From a virus (taxonomy: Duplodnaviria > Caudoviricetes), in the IMG/VR virus record IMGVR_UViG_3300031228_000014, positions 1-42,900 of that record: DNA of 42,900 nt, one strand, 5' to 3'. The position numbers were made by a program, and so were the translations under genes. Numbering within the stretch: the stretch's first letter is position 1; every line of letters begins with the position of its first letter. Shown piece by piece: positions 8,422 through 17,366 of this stretch. The notes under the pieces were generated by a model. It was not told the origin of the DNA. It made no database searches and was given only the letters and a program-made list of their open reading frames with translations.

Positions 8422-9479
8422 CAGCCGGACTCGTAGCGCACGATGATGTACGACTTACGGTCGGTGCCGCCCTCCAGGTGAACGGAGCCGGAGCCGTCGG
8501 TCAGCTCCCCGGTGACCACGAACGTCTTGGATTCGTCAGCCCCGGGGGTGTAGTCCGAGAGCAGAACCGGGGCGTACTTGCGGGTGGTGGCGGAGCCGGC
8601 CTGGTTGGAGTCGACCATCGTGGAGTCGATGGTCGTACCTGAGATGCTGTCCTCCCGCAGCCGCACCCTGATCTTGTCCCCGTCGACCGTCGACACCACA
8701 GCCGGGTTCGACCACACCGAGTACGTGGCACTGACCAGCAGCGACACGGTGATGGACATGAGCACCGTCTCAGAGGTGAAACCGGACCCGTCGGCGGTGT
8801 TCTCCGTGACACCGACCCGCTGCCCGGGAATCCTGCCCGGGCCGCCCAACGGCTGCCACGCCGCCCCATCCCACACCTCCAGCACACCCACGTCAGCCCG
8901 GTAGGCGAGCATCCCCTCGTACCGGCCGGCGGCGGGTCGCTCGGTGGTGTCCCGGATCGGCAGCACCCCACCGGATGCCACCGTCCACTGCGCCTGTGAC
9001 AGCACGCTCGGCGACGGTGACCCGCCCGCCGACACCAGGAACGTGCCCAGCCGCAGCGCGTTGGTCGTCACAGCCGGCGCGGCCGGGGACCCGGACGGGG
9101 TGCCCGCCACGTAGACGACCGTCACCTGCCGCTCGCCGGAGGCGTCTTCGTCGTCGTCCTCCACCAGCAGATCAAGCGCGTCGATCCGGTCGTTGCTGCC
9201 GTCGGCCGGGTCGAAGCTGCCCGACTCCTCGGCCGCCTCCACCACGTACGGGCCGCTGATGGAGGTCAACCCCGGGTACACCACAGCCGTCAGGTCATGC
9301 TGGGTCCAGGTCGTGCCGGAAGCAGACACGATGTCGAGCCCAGTGGGCCGCACACCCGCCCGCGCGCCGAACCGGTCAGACACGCCCGGGAACAGGTGCA
9401 TGGCAGCGATCCGCCGCAGCTCCTGCGCCGAGTAGGCCGGGGAGCCCCCGTCCGCGTTGATCGCCCACGCCTCAGCCAC
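8421..9479 (-). CDS. minor tail protein
   Basis: PAYSAQELRR, DRIDAL, YEGMLAYRAD..LEVWDGAAW patterns; synteny. Confidence 0.75.
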   Translation of the reverse strand: MAEAWAINADGGSPAYSAQELRRIAAMHLFPGVSDRFGARAGVRPTGLDIVSASGTTWTQHDLTAVVYPGLTSISGPYVVEAAEESGSFDPADGSNDRIDALDLLVEDDDEDASGERQVTVVYVAGTPSGSPAAPAVTTNALRLGTFLVSAGGSPSPSVLSQAQWTVASGGVLPIRDTTERPAAGRYEGMLAYRADVGVLEVWDGAAWQPLGGPGRIPGQRVGVTENTADGSGFTSETVLMSITVSLLVSATYSVWSNPAVVSTVDGDKIRVRLREDSISGTTIDSTMVDSNQAGSATTRKYAPVLLSDYTPGADESKTFVVTGELTDGSGSVHLEGGTDRKSYIIVRYESG

Positions 9480-9509
9480 GCCAGCCCCCTTCGATGCGAT
9501 GCGTCGCGG

Positions 9510-10382
9510 CTACCACCAGGCGCTCCGCCAACTTGCCGTGATCTCGGTCGTTACGTTGAACCCGCCGGCAAGGAACCGCAGCACGGACGTTCCCGGCTGG
9601 AGCGGATACGGGTCGATATCCCAGATAGCCCGGCCGCGCTGGTTCGCCTGCGGCAACCCGTTTAGCAACGCGGTCCGGGCTGCGGAACTGATGTCCAGCC
9701 ACTGCCCGGCGGCGAGATCCAGGTCGAACCGGATCTGCTGCACGCTCCCGTCGACCCGCTGGATCACCACCGTCGGGGACAGAACCGGGCCGTCGATCCG
9801 CAGCGTCAGGGCCGTGTCGGTCGTGCCAGCGTTGAGCAGGTCGACCCGCCCGCCGGTCAGGACACCGTCGATCGTGAACGGGACGGTCAGCGGCAGGGTG
9901 AGCCCGCCGGTCTGCGTGGGTAGGCCGGTCTGCGCAGAGGACAGGATGCCCGCGTAGATCCTCGGGTCCTGGGCAACCAACGCGCACTGCGTCACCGCCT
10001 TACCTACGGCGATGTGGTCGGTCCGTGGAGCGACCATCCTTGGCCGGCCGAACATGACGTACTCGCTGCCGCCGTACACCCAACGGAGCTCCACCTGCTC
10101 ACCGGTGTCGCCGACCGGCGCGAACGCGGCGGCAAGTTGCTGGTGCAAGGCGAGCCACGACCCGATAGAGCCACCCTGCTGCCCGACACTCAGAGGTATG
10201 GGCACGACCGCCTCGTCTGCCCACTCGGCCCCAGACCACGACCCGTGGTTCCACGCCCGCGGACCGCCCTGGTCCGCGCGTGCCGTGCGGATGAACGGGT
10301 TGAACTCCGGTAGCACCCTGTACTGCGTGCCCGGTCCCATCACCAGAGTGCGGACCTGCACCTGGCAGTCGGCAAGAGGCAT
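9510..10382 (-). CDS. distal tail protein (Dit)
   Basis: directly after TMP with TGATG overlap; AQDPRIY, GGLTLPLTVPFT, C-terminal WRSAWW. Confidence 0.85.
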   Translation of the reverse strand: MPLADCQVQVRTLVMGPGTQYRVLPEFNPFIRTARADQGGPRAWNHGSWSGAEWADEAVVPIPLSVGQQGGSIGSWLALHQQLAAAFAPVGDTGEQVELRWVYGGSEYVMFGRPRMVAPRTDHIAVGKAVTQCALVAQDPRIYAGILSSAQTGLPTQTGGLTLPLTVPFTIDGVLTGGRVDLLNAGTTDTALTLRIDGPVLSPTVVIQRVDGSVQQIRFDLDLAAGQWLDISSAARTALLNGLPQANQRGRAIWDIDPYPLQPGTSVLRFLAGGFNVTTEITASWRSAWW

Positions 10383-13123
10383 CAGACGGCCCCGTTCATC
10401 GCAAGCTCCGACTCGATCTGACGCAGCGAGAAACGGCCGGACCACGCCTGAACGTTCACGTTCTCCACGTGCCAGCCGCCGGCCGCCGGGCCGGTGACCG
10501 GTCCGCCGCTGGCCATCCGTGGCACGCCCACCGCACCGCCGGCGGCGAACCGGGACGCCTGACCGAGCACCGCAGCCCGCAACGCCTCCACCGCCTGGTG
10601 CCCGCCGGCGGCTTCGACTTCCCGGACGGTCCACACGTGCTCGCCGCGGGTCAGCATCGCCGGCACCCGGTCCACCCCGGCCGGACCAAAGTCGATCGGC
10701 CCACCGTGCTGGGCGCCGGGGATGCGGATCGAGCCGGTCGGGGCAAATCCCTGCGTCTTGAACGAGATTGTGACCGTGCGGTCGATCTCGGCCAGCCGAT
10801 CCCTCACCCGCCTCGCCGCCGCCGCCGCCTCCGCCGCACCACGGACCTCGACCCGGGCCTCGTAGCGGCCCTCGTAGTCCTCCAGCGCAGCCTTGGTGTC
10901 CTTGAGGATGTCCTCGACGGCCGCGATCTGGCCCTCGGTCAGTCCGGCCGCCTCCAGCGTGTCCCGCATCGCCGGAGTCAGCCGGCCGTTGAACGCGCCG
11001 GAGGCGTCCCCAGCCGCCCCCTGAAGGTCCACCGTGGCCTCGAACAGGTCACGGGCTGCCTGCTCGGCCTCCGGCGAGTTGCGTCCGAAATCGTTCACCG
11101 CGGCGTTGAAATCCGCCTGCGCCGCCTCCACGTCCCGCAACGCGTCGAACAACGCGAACACCGGGTCGACCTGGGCACGCAACGCGTCGGCCTGCTCCCG
11201 CAGCGCGCCGGTGGCGTCCTCCACCGCACCCTGGAAGCCGAGCTGCCCGTCGGTGCCGTCGCTGACGGCCTCCGTGTGCCGCTCGGCCTCGGTCGTGAAC
11301 TGGGGCAGCAACTCCAGCAGCTGCCGCTGCTGGTCCTCGGTCAGCTTGTACGTGTCGACGAGCGTCTGGAACACCTCGTCGGCGTCCGCGCCGCTCTTGA
11401 CCAGCTGCGTCACCGCCGCGTCGAGATCCTTGAACGCCTGCTTGTTGCCCTCATACTCCGCCATGGACCGGTTCAGCCGATCCCAGCGGAAGAACGACCC
11501 CGATGCGTCATCCAACGCGTCCGCGAACTCCTTGGAGCCGCGGGTTCCGTCGCCGAACAGCCGCTTCATCTCGGCGTTCACGTGGCCCGACCGGAGCAGC
11601 TGCTCCACGTCCTCCGCGAGTCCGGTCACGTCGCTGCGGACCTCGTCGGTGCTGCCGCCGAACGCCTCCATCGCGTACCCCAGCGCTGTCAGCGCGCCGA
11701 TCGCAACCCCCACCGGGCCACCGAACCGAAGCGCCAACGCGAACGCACCGAGGGTCAGGGCCGCACTCTGCACGGGTTCAGGTAGTGCGGTGAACGAGTC
11801 GACAACCGCCTCCACCAGCGGGACCACCAGCCGCAGCACGTCAGCCAAGACGCTTGCACCGCCGGAGACCGCGGTCGCCAGCGCGACACCCGTGTCAAGC
11901 AGCACGGGCACCAGCGGCGTCAACGCGCCCAGCAGCTCCAGCAGCACATCCCGCAGCTCGGGAGAGGTGAGCACCAGCGCCGACACCGCAGCACCGACCG
12001 GGGAGATCGCACCGGCGAGGGCTCCGAAGCCGGGGATTGCCGTCAAGACCGCCGCGCCGCCGGCTGCGGCGATCCCGGCCCCGAGCGCGGCAAAGGCTGG
12101 AGCACCGTCCCGCACCCGGTTGATCACGTTGTCGATGTCGAACCGGTCGATCGCTTCCGCCAGGTCCAGCAGCAGGTCCCCGGCGCGGACCAGCGTGGGA
12201 TCGGCGCTGGAGCGGAAGACCGCCACCAGGTCCCGGACCTGCCGCTCCAGCGCGTACAGCACCTCGGCCAGATTCTGAGCCCAGACCACCGCGGCGCCGC
12301 CGCCGGCCGGGTCAATGAACGGCTCCACCACCGCCGAACCGATGTCGCGCAGCGCGGCGGTGACCAGCCCGACGGCGCCCACCCACGTGTTGCTGATCAG
12401 CGCGGCGGCTCCGGCGAACCGGGTCTCCATAGCCGTCACCAGCAGGTCAATCGCCTGCCGGCCATCCAGTGCGCCGGATGTGATGGACTCGCGGATCTCG
12501 TTCTCGGTCTGACCCATCGCCGCGCCGATCAGCTGCGCTGCGTTGATGCCCCGCCGGCCCAGCTCGTTCAGGGTCCCCGCGGTGATCTCACCGGTCGACT
12601 GCATCTCGGCCAAGATCTCGACGACCTCAGAGAACCGCTGCGCCGAACCACCCGTGGCCGCGACCGCGTTCTGTACCGCGTCCAGGACCGGGATTACACG
12701 CTCGGCAGCCAACCCGAACGCCAGCAGCTGCTGCTGACCTTCGATGAACACCTCGCGGGGGAACAGTGCGGTTCTGACGAACTGGCGCAGCTCGTCCATC
12801 TGCGCCGTGGCCGCCTCGGCGCCGCCGAGCAGGGTGGTCAGCGCGGCGCGGGTGTTCTGCTCCAAGCTGTTGTAGGACACGCCGGTCGCGATGGTCGCCA
12901 CCCCGAGGGCGGTCATGGCGCCGGCGGCCACCGTCCCGATCACGGCCACAGTCCGGCCGACGTTGCGGGCGGCGTGGCCCAGGGCCTCCATGCCCCGGGA
13001 CTGCTTGCCCGTGTCGGCCGCCGCTGAACCGATCCCGCCGATCGACTTCGCAGCGTCGGCAGCGTCCCGGCGCAGGTTGTCAACCAGCAGCCGCAGCCGT
13101 ACAGAGTGGGTCCGCTCGGCCAA
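10382..13123 (-). CDS. tape measure protein (~913 aa)
   Basis: long Ala/Leu-rich helical ORF with tape-measure domain; DRVPAMLTRGEHV near C-terminus. Confidence 0.92.
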   Translation of the reverse strand: MAERTHSVRLRLLVDNLRRDAADAAKSIGGIGSAAADTGKQSRGMEALGHAARNVGRTVAVIGTVAAGAMTALGVATIATGVSYNSLEQNTRAALTTLLGGAEAATAQMDELRQFVRTALFPREVFIEGQQQLLAFGLAAERVIPVLDAVQNAVAATGGSAQRFSEVVEILAEMQSTGEITAGTLNELGRRGINAAQLIGAAMGQTENEIRESITSGALDGRQAIDLLVTAMETRFAGAAALISNTWVGAVGLVTAALRDIGSAVVEPFIDPAGGGAAVVWAQNLAEVLYALERQVRDLVAVFRSSADPTLVRAGDLLLDLAEAIDRFDIDNVINRVRDGAPAFAALGAGIAAAGGAAVLTAIPGFGALAGAISPVGAAVSALVLTSPELRDVLLELLGALTPLVPVLLDTGVALATAVSGGASVLADVLRLVVPLVEAVVDSFTALPEPVQSAALTLGAFALALRFGGPVGVAIGALTALGYAMEAFGGSTDEVRSDVTGLAEDVEQLLRSGHVNAEMKRLFGDGTRGSKEFADALDDASGSFFRWDRLNRSMAEYEGNKQAFKDLDAAVTQLVKSGADADEVFQTLVDTYKLTEDQQRQLLELLPQFTTEAERHTEAVSDGTDGQLGFQGAVEDATGALREQADALRAQVDPVFALFDALRDVEAAQADFNAAVNDFGRNSPEAEQAARDLFEATVDLQGAAGDASGAFNGRLTPAMRDTLEAAGLTEGQIAAVEDILKDTKAALEDYEGRYEARVEVRGAAEAAAAARRVRDRLAEIDRTVTISFKTQGFAPTGSIRIPGAQHGGPIDFGPAGVDRVPAMLTRGEHVWTVREVEAAGGHQAVEALRAAVLGQASRFAAGGAVGVPRMASGGPVTGPAAGGWHVENVNVQAWSGRFSLRQIESELAMNGAV

Positions 13124-13173
13124 CCGACCCACCCCCCTAGCGCAGGTTGCGGAGACAGGCGACACTCGGGGGC

Positions 13174-13629
13174 ATGAACCGCACGAAGCGGAAACGGATC
13201 GCGATCGTGGGTGCTGTCGCTGCGGCAGCCGTCGGCGCGGCAACGGCCGGCGCACTACTGGCGGGTAGGGCCGCACCCGATGCGTCGCTGGGGGCCGCGC
13301 CGGTCAACGCCGCAGCCCACGACCCGCGAGGGCAGCGGGCCTGTGACTGGCTGCTCGACCCGGACGACCGGCTCCTGGTCATCGAACGCGGCCTGTCCGA
13401 CGATCAGGTGAGACTCTGGGGTGGCCGGGTTCACCAGATCGCCGCGACCGCGGCCAGAGCCGAACTCACCGAGGTCGCGCAGGCCGGCCAGGCGATCCTC
13501 GACTACATGCCGGACATGACCTTCGAAGTTGGCCCGCTGTGGGAGCTGGCGGTGAGCCTCGCGGAGACGTGCGTTGCTGGCGAGTTGGCAACCGGGCGGC
13601 AGCTACACGACGCCATGGTGGAGGACTAG
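13174..13629 (+). CDS. reverse-strand exported/membrane-anchored protein
   Basis: MNRTKRKRIAIVGAVAAAAVGA signal/anchor; no RBS, GACACT 7 nt upstream; shares CTAG stop with the TAC gene. Confidence 0.7.
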   Translation: MNRTKRKRIAIVGAVAAAAVGAATAGALLAGRAAPDASLGAAPVNAAAHDPRGQRACDWLLDPDDRLLVIERGLSDDQVRLWGGRVHQIAATAARAELTEVAQAGQAILDYMPDMTFEVGPLWELAVSLAETCVAGELATGRQLHDAMVED

Positions 13630-14003
13630 CCGCCCGGCCGCCACGGCTTCAGCTCCACCTCAGCCGGCCGCGCGTCCTGCACCCACCGTTTCCGCTCCGG
13701 GTGGTGCTCCCGCTCCCCGTCGGCCGCCCGTTGGATCACCGCGCAGCCGTTGCACGTGGCCTGCCGGGTTTCGTACCAGCCTTCGCTGTCCGGGTTCCAC
13801 GCCTCAGACTTCGGCTGCCCGCAGCCGGGGCAGCGCATGTCGTCGGCGATCACCGACGCCACCGCGAGGATACGGTCGGTGGTGGTCCACGTGCCCGGGT
13901 GCTCCGGGCGCAGGATCACCCCCGGCGGCACCCCCCACGCCCGCGCAGTGCGGATCTGCACCGCTACATGGTGCCAACCTGCCTTGAGGAGGAGCGGCGC
14001 GAC
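13626..14003 (-). CDS. tail assembly chaperone, frameshift (GT) extension
   Basis: -1 frame after slippery CCCTTTG reads FVAPLLLKAGWHHVAVQIRTARAWGVPP; CPGCG/CNGC motifs. Confidence 0.75.
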   Translation of the reverse strand, partial: VAPLLLKAGWHHVAVQIRTARAWGVPPGVILRPEHPGTWTTTDRILAVASVIADDMRCPGCGQPKSEAWNPDSEGWYETRQATCNGCAVIQRAADGEREHHPERKRWVQDARPAEVELKPWRPGG

Positions 14004-14533
14004 AAAGGGGCCGAAACGTCAGGCTCCTTGCGGATCACCTTGGTGAACGTGGCCCACCCGGCGGTGAGCACGTTGTCGCCACCCCGGTCGCGGATCTCCC
14101 GCAGCTTCTCCGGCGGGAACCCGTCGGGGAACTCCCGCCTGCGACCGTCGGGGGTCTCCACGCGTACGATCGCGTCGGCGAGAACGTGCAGAGCGATGGT
14201 GTCCTGGTCGACCTTCTGCCGCTTGAGCCGGTCGCGGATCTCCTGCCGGCGGCCTTCGGTCCGGTCCTGGATGATCACCAGGATGGACGAGTCGACCAGC
14301 TCCTGCGCCACATCGTCCCACCGGGCCTGCAACGTTTCGGGGGAGTCGTCGCCGGTGCCGCGCTGCGCCGCTGGCACCCCCCTGGCCAGCTCGATCCGCC
14401 GCTCCAGCTCGTCCAGCTCGGCCAGCAGGTTCCCCCGCTGGTAGATCCGTGCCGAGCCGGTGATGCCGGTGGTGCCGGAGATCCACCCGTCCAGGTCCCA
14501 GTCCGGTGCCGGCTGGTTGCCGTTGTCGTCCAT
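13964..14533 (-). CDS. tail assembly chaperone
   Basis: GGAGG RBS; between major tail and TMP; slippery site near its end. Confidence 0.8.
   Translation of the reverse strand: MDDNGNQPAPDWDLDGWISGTTGITGSARIYQRGNLLAELDELERRIELARGVPAAQRGTGDDSPETLQARWDDVAQELVDSSILVIIQDRTEGRRQEIRDRLKRQKVDQDTIALHVLADAIVRVETPDGRRREFPDGFPPEKLREIRDRGGDNVLTAGWATFTKVIRKEPDVSAPLSRRSSSRQVGTM
14003..14009 (-). other. programmed -1 ribosomal frameshift site C CCT TTG
   Basis: X XXY YYZ heptamer in frame; the -1 frame is continuous with ORF 13626..13961. Confidence 0.7.
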
Positions 14534-14630
14534 CGTCGTTTCCTCCCAGGTGTTCCCAGATGTGCAAAAGAAGACCGGGCCGGGTGACACCTGGGAGCAA
14601 CACCCGACCCGGCCGGCCGTTGGAGACTGG

Positions 14631-15146
14631 CTACGATCCGCCGACGATGGCGCGCACGTCGAACGTGCCCTGCTGGTGAAGCGGGATCGTCGCCTTCAGG
14701 TAGCCCGCGCCGGTGCCGCCCTGCACCTGCGCGTGGTCGGACATGAACTTGTACGTCTCGACCTGCTGCCCATCGGCGATCGCGGTGGCGTGGGGGAAAC
14801 CGAGCCGGCGCACGAACCAGCCGATGTGCCCCAGGGTGAACGTGACCAGTGCGTCGGACATGGTGAACTCCAGGGCGGAATCGTCCCAGTCGCGGAACAG
14901 GATCAGGTTGCCCATGTAGTTCGCGATCGTCGGCGTGACCACGTTGGCGGTCTCGCACACTGCCCGCTCCGATGTGGTGTCGGCGGTGTCCGCGCGGACC
15001 TCGTAGGTGGTCACCATCAGGCAGGACAGGTCCAGCACGCCCACCGCGGTCAGCTCCGCGACCTCCGGCGCGGACGCTTCGGCGATGCCGTCCTCGCCGG
15101 GCACCCACAGCAGCTTCGTGACACCCAGGTCGACCTTTCGGGCCAT
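14631..15146 (-). CDS. major tail (tube) protein
   Basis: WVP..IA..SAP.VAEL..DLSC and GWFVRRLG motifs; GGGAGG RBS. Confidence 0.88.
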   Translation of the reverse strand: MARKVDLGVTKLLWVPGEDGIAEASAPEVAELTAVGVLDLSCLMVTTYEVRADTADTTSERAVCETANVVTPTIANYMGNLILFRDWDDSALEFTMSDALVTFTLGHIGWFVRRLGFPHATAIADGQQVETYKFMSDHAQVQGGTGAGYLKATIPLHQQGTFDVRAIVGGS

Positions 15147-15229
15147 ACCAACCTCCCAACATCAGGCCCGTAGGCCAGCGGACTATCAGGTACCCAGGTG
15201 TGTGCGCCGTGCCCGGGTGGGCGCGGGGG

Positions 15230-15682
15230 TCAGGAGCCGGCGGGGGGGAGCTGCTCGGCAACCAGCCGGAACGTGTCGACCGCGAACACGACAGGCCGGT
15301 CCTGGACCTGCTCATCGGGGCGTGGAAGCTGCGCGAACGTGTGCTCGACCATGCCCGGGGACCAGCCGTCGACAACCGGCCGGGCGTCGACCAGCCCGTC
15401 CTTGACCTGGCCGGCGAGCCACGCGCACGTCGGACGGTCCGGCGCCACGCAGGTGACCTGCCAGCGGAACACCCGGCCGGTGGACTCCTGCCCGACCTGC
15501 CCGGCGACGCGGGTGCCGTCGTCGATGTAGACGGTCACGTACCGCTCCGGGGGGGTGGGCGGCACGATCCCGTCGAACACCACCAGGTCTGAGGCGGCCG
15601 GGGCCGCGTCGGACCTCTGCCACAGCGTCGCCCCTGGCAGCGCGGCGACGACCAGGGCGACGATCGCGTCGGAGACGATCAT
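15230..15682 (-). CDS. tail terminator
   Basis: VFDGIVP..P..YVTVY, WQVTCVA; synteny. Confidence 0.75.
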   Translation of the reverse strand: MIVSDAIVALVVAALPGATLWQRSDAAPAASDLVVFDGIVPPTPPERYVTVYIDDGTRVAGQVGQESTGRVFRWQVTCVAPDRPTCAWLAGQVKDGLVDARPVVDGWSPGMVEHTFAQLPRPDEQVQDRPVVFAVDTFRLVAEQLPPAGS

Positions 15683-16071
15683 GGCAGTCCCCGGGCCAGC
15701 ACGTCGCCGGCGGCCTTCTCGAACCGGGGCTGCTCGTCCTCGTAGGCCGGGTCGAGGTGGGGCGTGGGTCCGGTGTTGGCTGAGCCGTACTCCACGCCGC
15801 GGCCCATCCCACCCTGGAGCATGTCCGGGTTGGGGCCGATCTCGGCCTCCACCCAGTCGCTGCCGGAGTCGATGTCGTAGTCGATCGACTGGGGGTAGTG
15901 CGGCAGGTAGGTGCCGGTGATCGCCGACCGGACCCGCGCCCGCGCGTCCGTTTTGATGTTGAGCGCGCCCTTTTCCACGACCGGCTCCAGGCCGGCGAAC
16001 ACCCGGTCCAGGGTGGTGCCGTACCGGGCGGCCAGCGCGGCCAGGTCGGAGGTGTCCACGACGATCCTCAC
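15679..16071 (-). CDS. neck/tail completion protein (HK97 gp10-like)
   Basis: GALNIKTDAR, SIDYD, AEIGP, EYGS..PHL.PA. Confidence 0.8.
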   Translation of the reverse strand: MRIVVDTSDLAALAARYGTTLDRVFAGLEPVVEKGALNIKTDARARVRSAITGTYLPHYPQSIDYDIDSGSDWVEAEIGPNPDMLQGGMGRGVEYGSANTGPTPHLDPAYEDEQPRFEKAAGDVLARGLP

Positions 16072-16487
16072 GCGACCACCTCGTCGATCAGCAGCCGCCG
16101 GGCGGTGGCCAGCGACTTGTGGTGCAGCCCGGACACCCGGTACACCCGGCCGGCCAGGTTCGGATCCGCCGCCGCCGCGGTGATCTCCACCCGGTCGTCG
16201 ATGGCCACCGGCGGCGCGTCAACGGGCAGGTGCAGCGTGTACCGCTGCACTGTGAACACGTGCAGCCCGGACTGGGGCTTGGACTCGAACGCTTCGTAGG
16301 TTTGCACCTTGCACCGGCCCACACCCGACGGCACCGGGTAGATGACGACGGTCGGCGGGGGGGTGCGGGTGCCGGTGTCCGGGTCCAGCGGTCCGGCCTG
16401 CCCGATGGCGCGGCGGATGACGCACCGGTCGAGCATCAGCCGCTCGGCCTGCCGGCGGCCTCGTTGGATGGCAGCGAGCGCAGGCAT
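16068..16487 (-). CDS. head-to-tail stopper (DUF6093-like)
   Basis: AERLMLDRCVIRR, GRCKVQ, KSLATARRL. Confidence 0.8.
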   Translation of the reverse strand: MPALAAIQRGRRQAERLMLDRCVIRRAIGQAGPLDPDTGTRTPPPTVVIYPVPSGVGRCKVQTYEAFESKPQSGLHVFTVQRYTLHLPVDAPPVAIDDRVEITAAAADPNLAGRVYRVSGLHHKSLATARRLLIDEVVA

Positions 16488-16490
16488 GTC

Positions 16491-17366
16491 TCAGCCGAGC
16501 CGGGCCACGGCGAACCGCCGGCCGTACTGTCGCCGCAGCGCCCGCTGCAGGTACTCGGTGGCCTCCAGCGCGGCAGAAAACTTGGCGTACGACTCGGCGT
16601 AGTCGTCGATGCGGAGGGACAGCGCGCCTTCCGGGTTGCCGTACACCCCGCGGATCAGGCTTAGCACTGCCGACTTGCCCAGCTTGAGACCCTGGTCCCC
16701 GGCCGGGTAGCCGTGGGTGTAAGTTCCCCCGACCCGGGACGGGGTCCACCGGCACGGTTGCCAGCTGCAGGCACGCCACAGCCGGGACCCGAACTGCTCG
16801 AAGTCGGTGCCCTCGACCAGCGGCTCCCCGTCCAGGGTGAGGTTGGCGACGGACTGCGCCGGACGCTGCGGCAGATCCAGCCACACCCCGATGTCGCCGA
16901 GCAGGTCCAGTTCGTCGTCTTCGACCAGGACCAGCCGCTGGGGCGGGGTGTCGCACGCCTCCTGCACCACCGCCGTAGCGGCCTCGATGAGCACGGTGGC
17001 GGCGGAGGCGTCCACGTCGCTGCCGAGTTGCAGGATCGCGCCCAGGTCGACGACCTGGCACAGCATGTCCCCGACCGTTTCGCCGGTCAGGGACGGCTGC
17101 ACCCACACGGTGCCTTCCACTGCCCCCTCGGCGGTGCCGGACGCTGCGAGCGCCCACACCATCGTGATGCCGCCGACGGTCGGCGTGAAGGTGGCCCGGT
17201 ACAGGTCTTCTGCTGGTACGGCGGTGACGGTCATCGCCGGGGTGGTGCCATCCGGCAGCCGCACCTCGCCGACCACGGTCGCGTCGGTTACTGGGGTTCC
17301 GGCCGGGTCGACCAGAGACCAGTCGATCACCAGGGTCGACCCGACCCAGTAGGAGGTGGCGGTCAT
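16491..17366 (-). CDS. head-to-tail adaptor with extra N-terminal beta-sandwich domain
   Basis: C-part DLGAILQ..ATVLIEAAT, LPQRP, YTHGY, NPEG..RIDDY; ~100 extra N-terminal residues. Confidence 0.75.
   Translation of the reverse strand: MTATSYWVGSTLVIDWSLVDPAGTPVTDATVVGEVRLPDGTTPAMTVTAVPAEDLYRATFTPTVGGITMVWALAASGTAEGAVEGTVWVQPSLTGETVGDMLCQVVDLGAILQLGSDVDASAATVLIEAATAVVQEACDTPPQRLVLVEDDELDLLGDIGVWLDLPQRPAQSVANLTLDGEPLVEGTDFEQFGSRLWRACSWQPCRWTPSRVGGTYTHGYPAGDQGLKLGKSAVLSLIRGVYGNPEGALSLRIDDYAESYAKFSAALEATEYLQRALRRQYGRRFAVARLG

Noticed and set aside
10469-12278. long plus-strand ORFs opposite the tape measure gene
   Set aside because: Antisense shadows with biased composition
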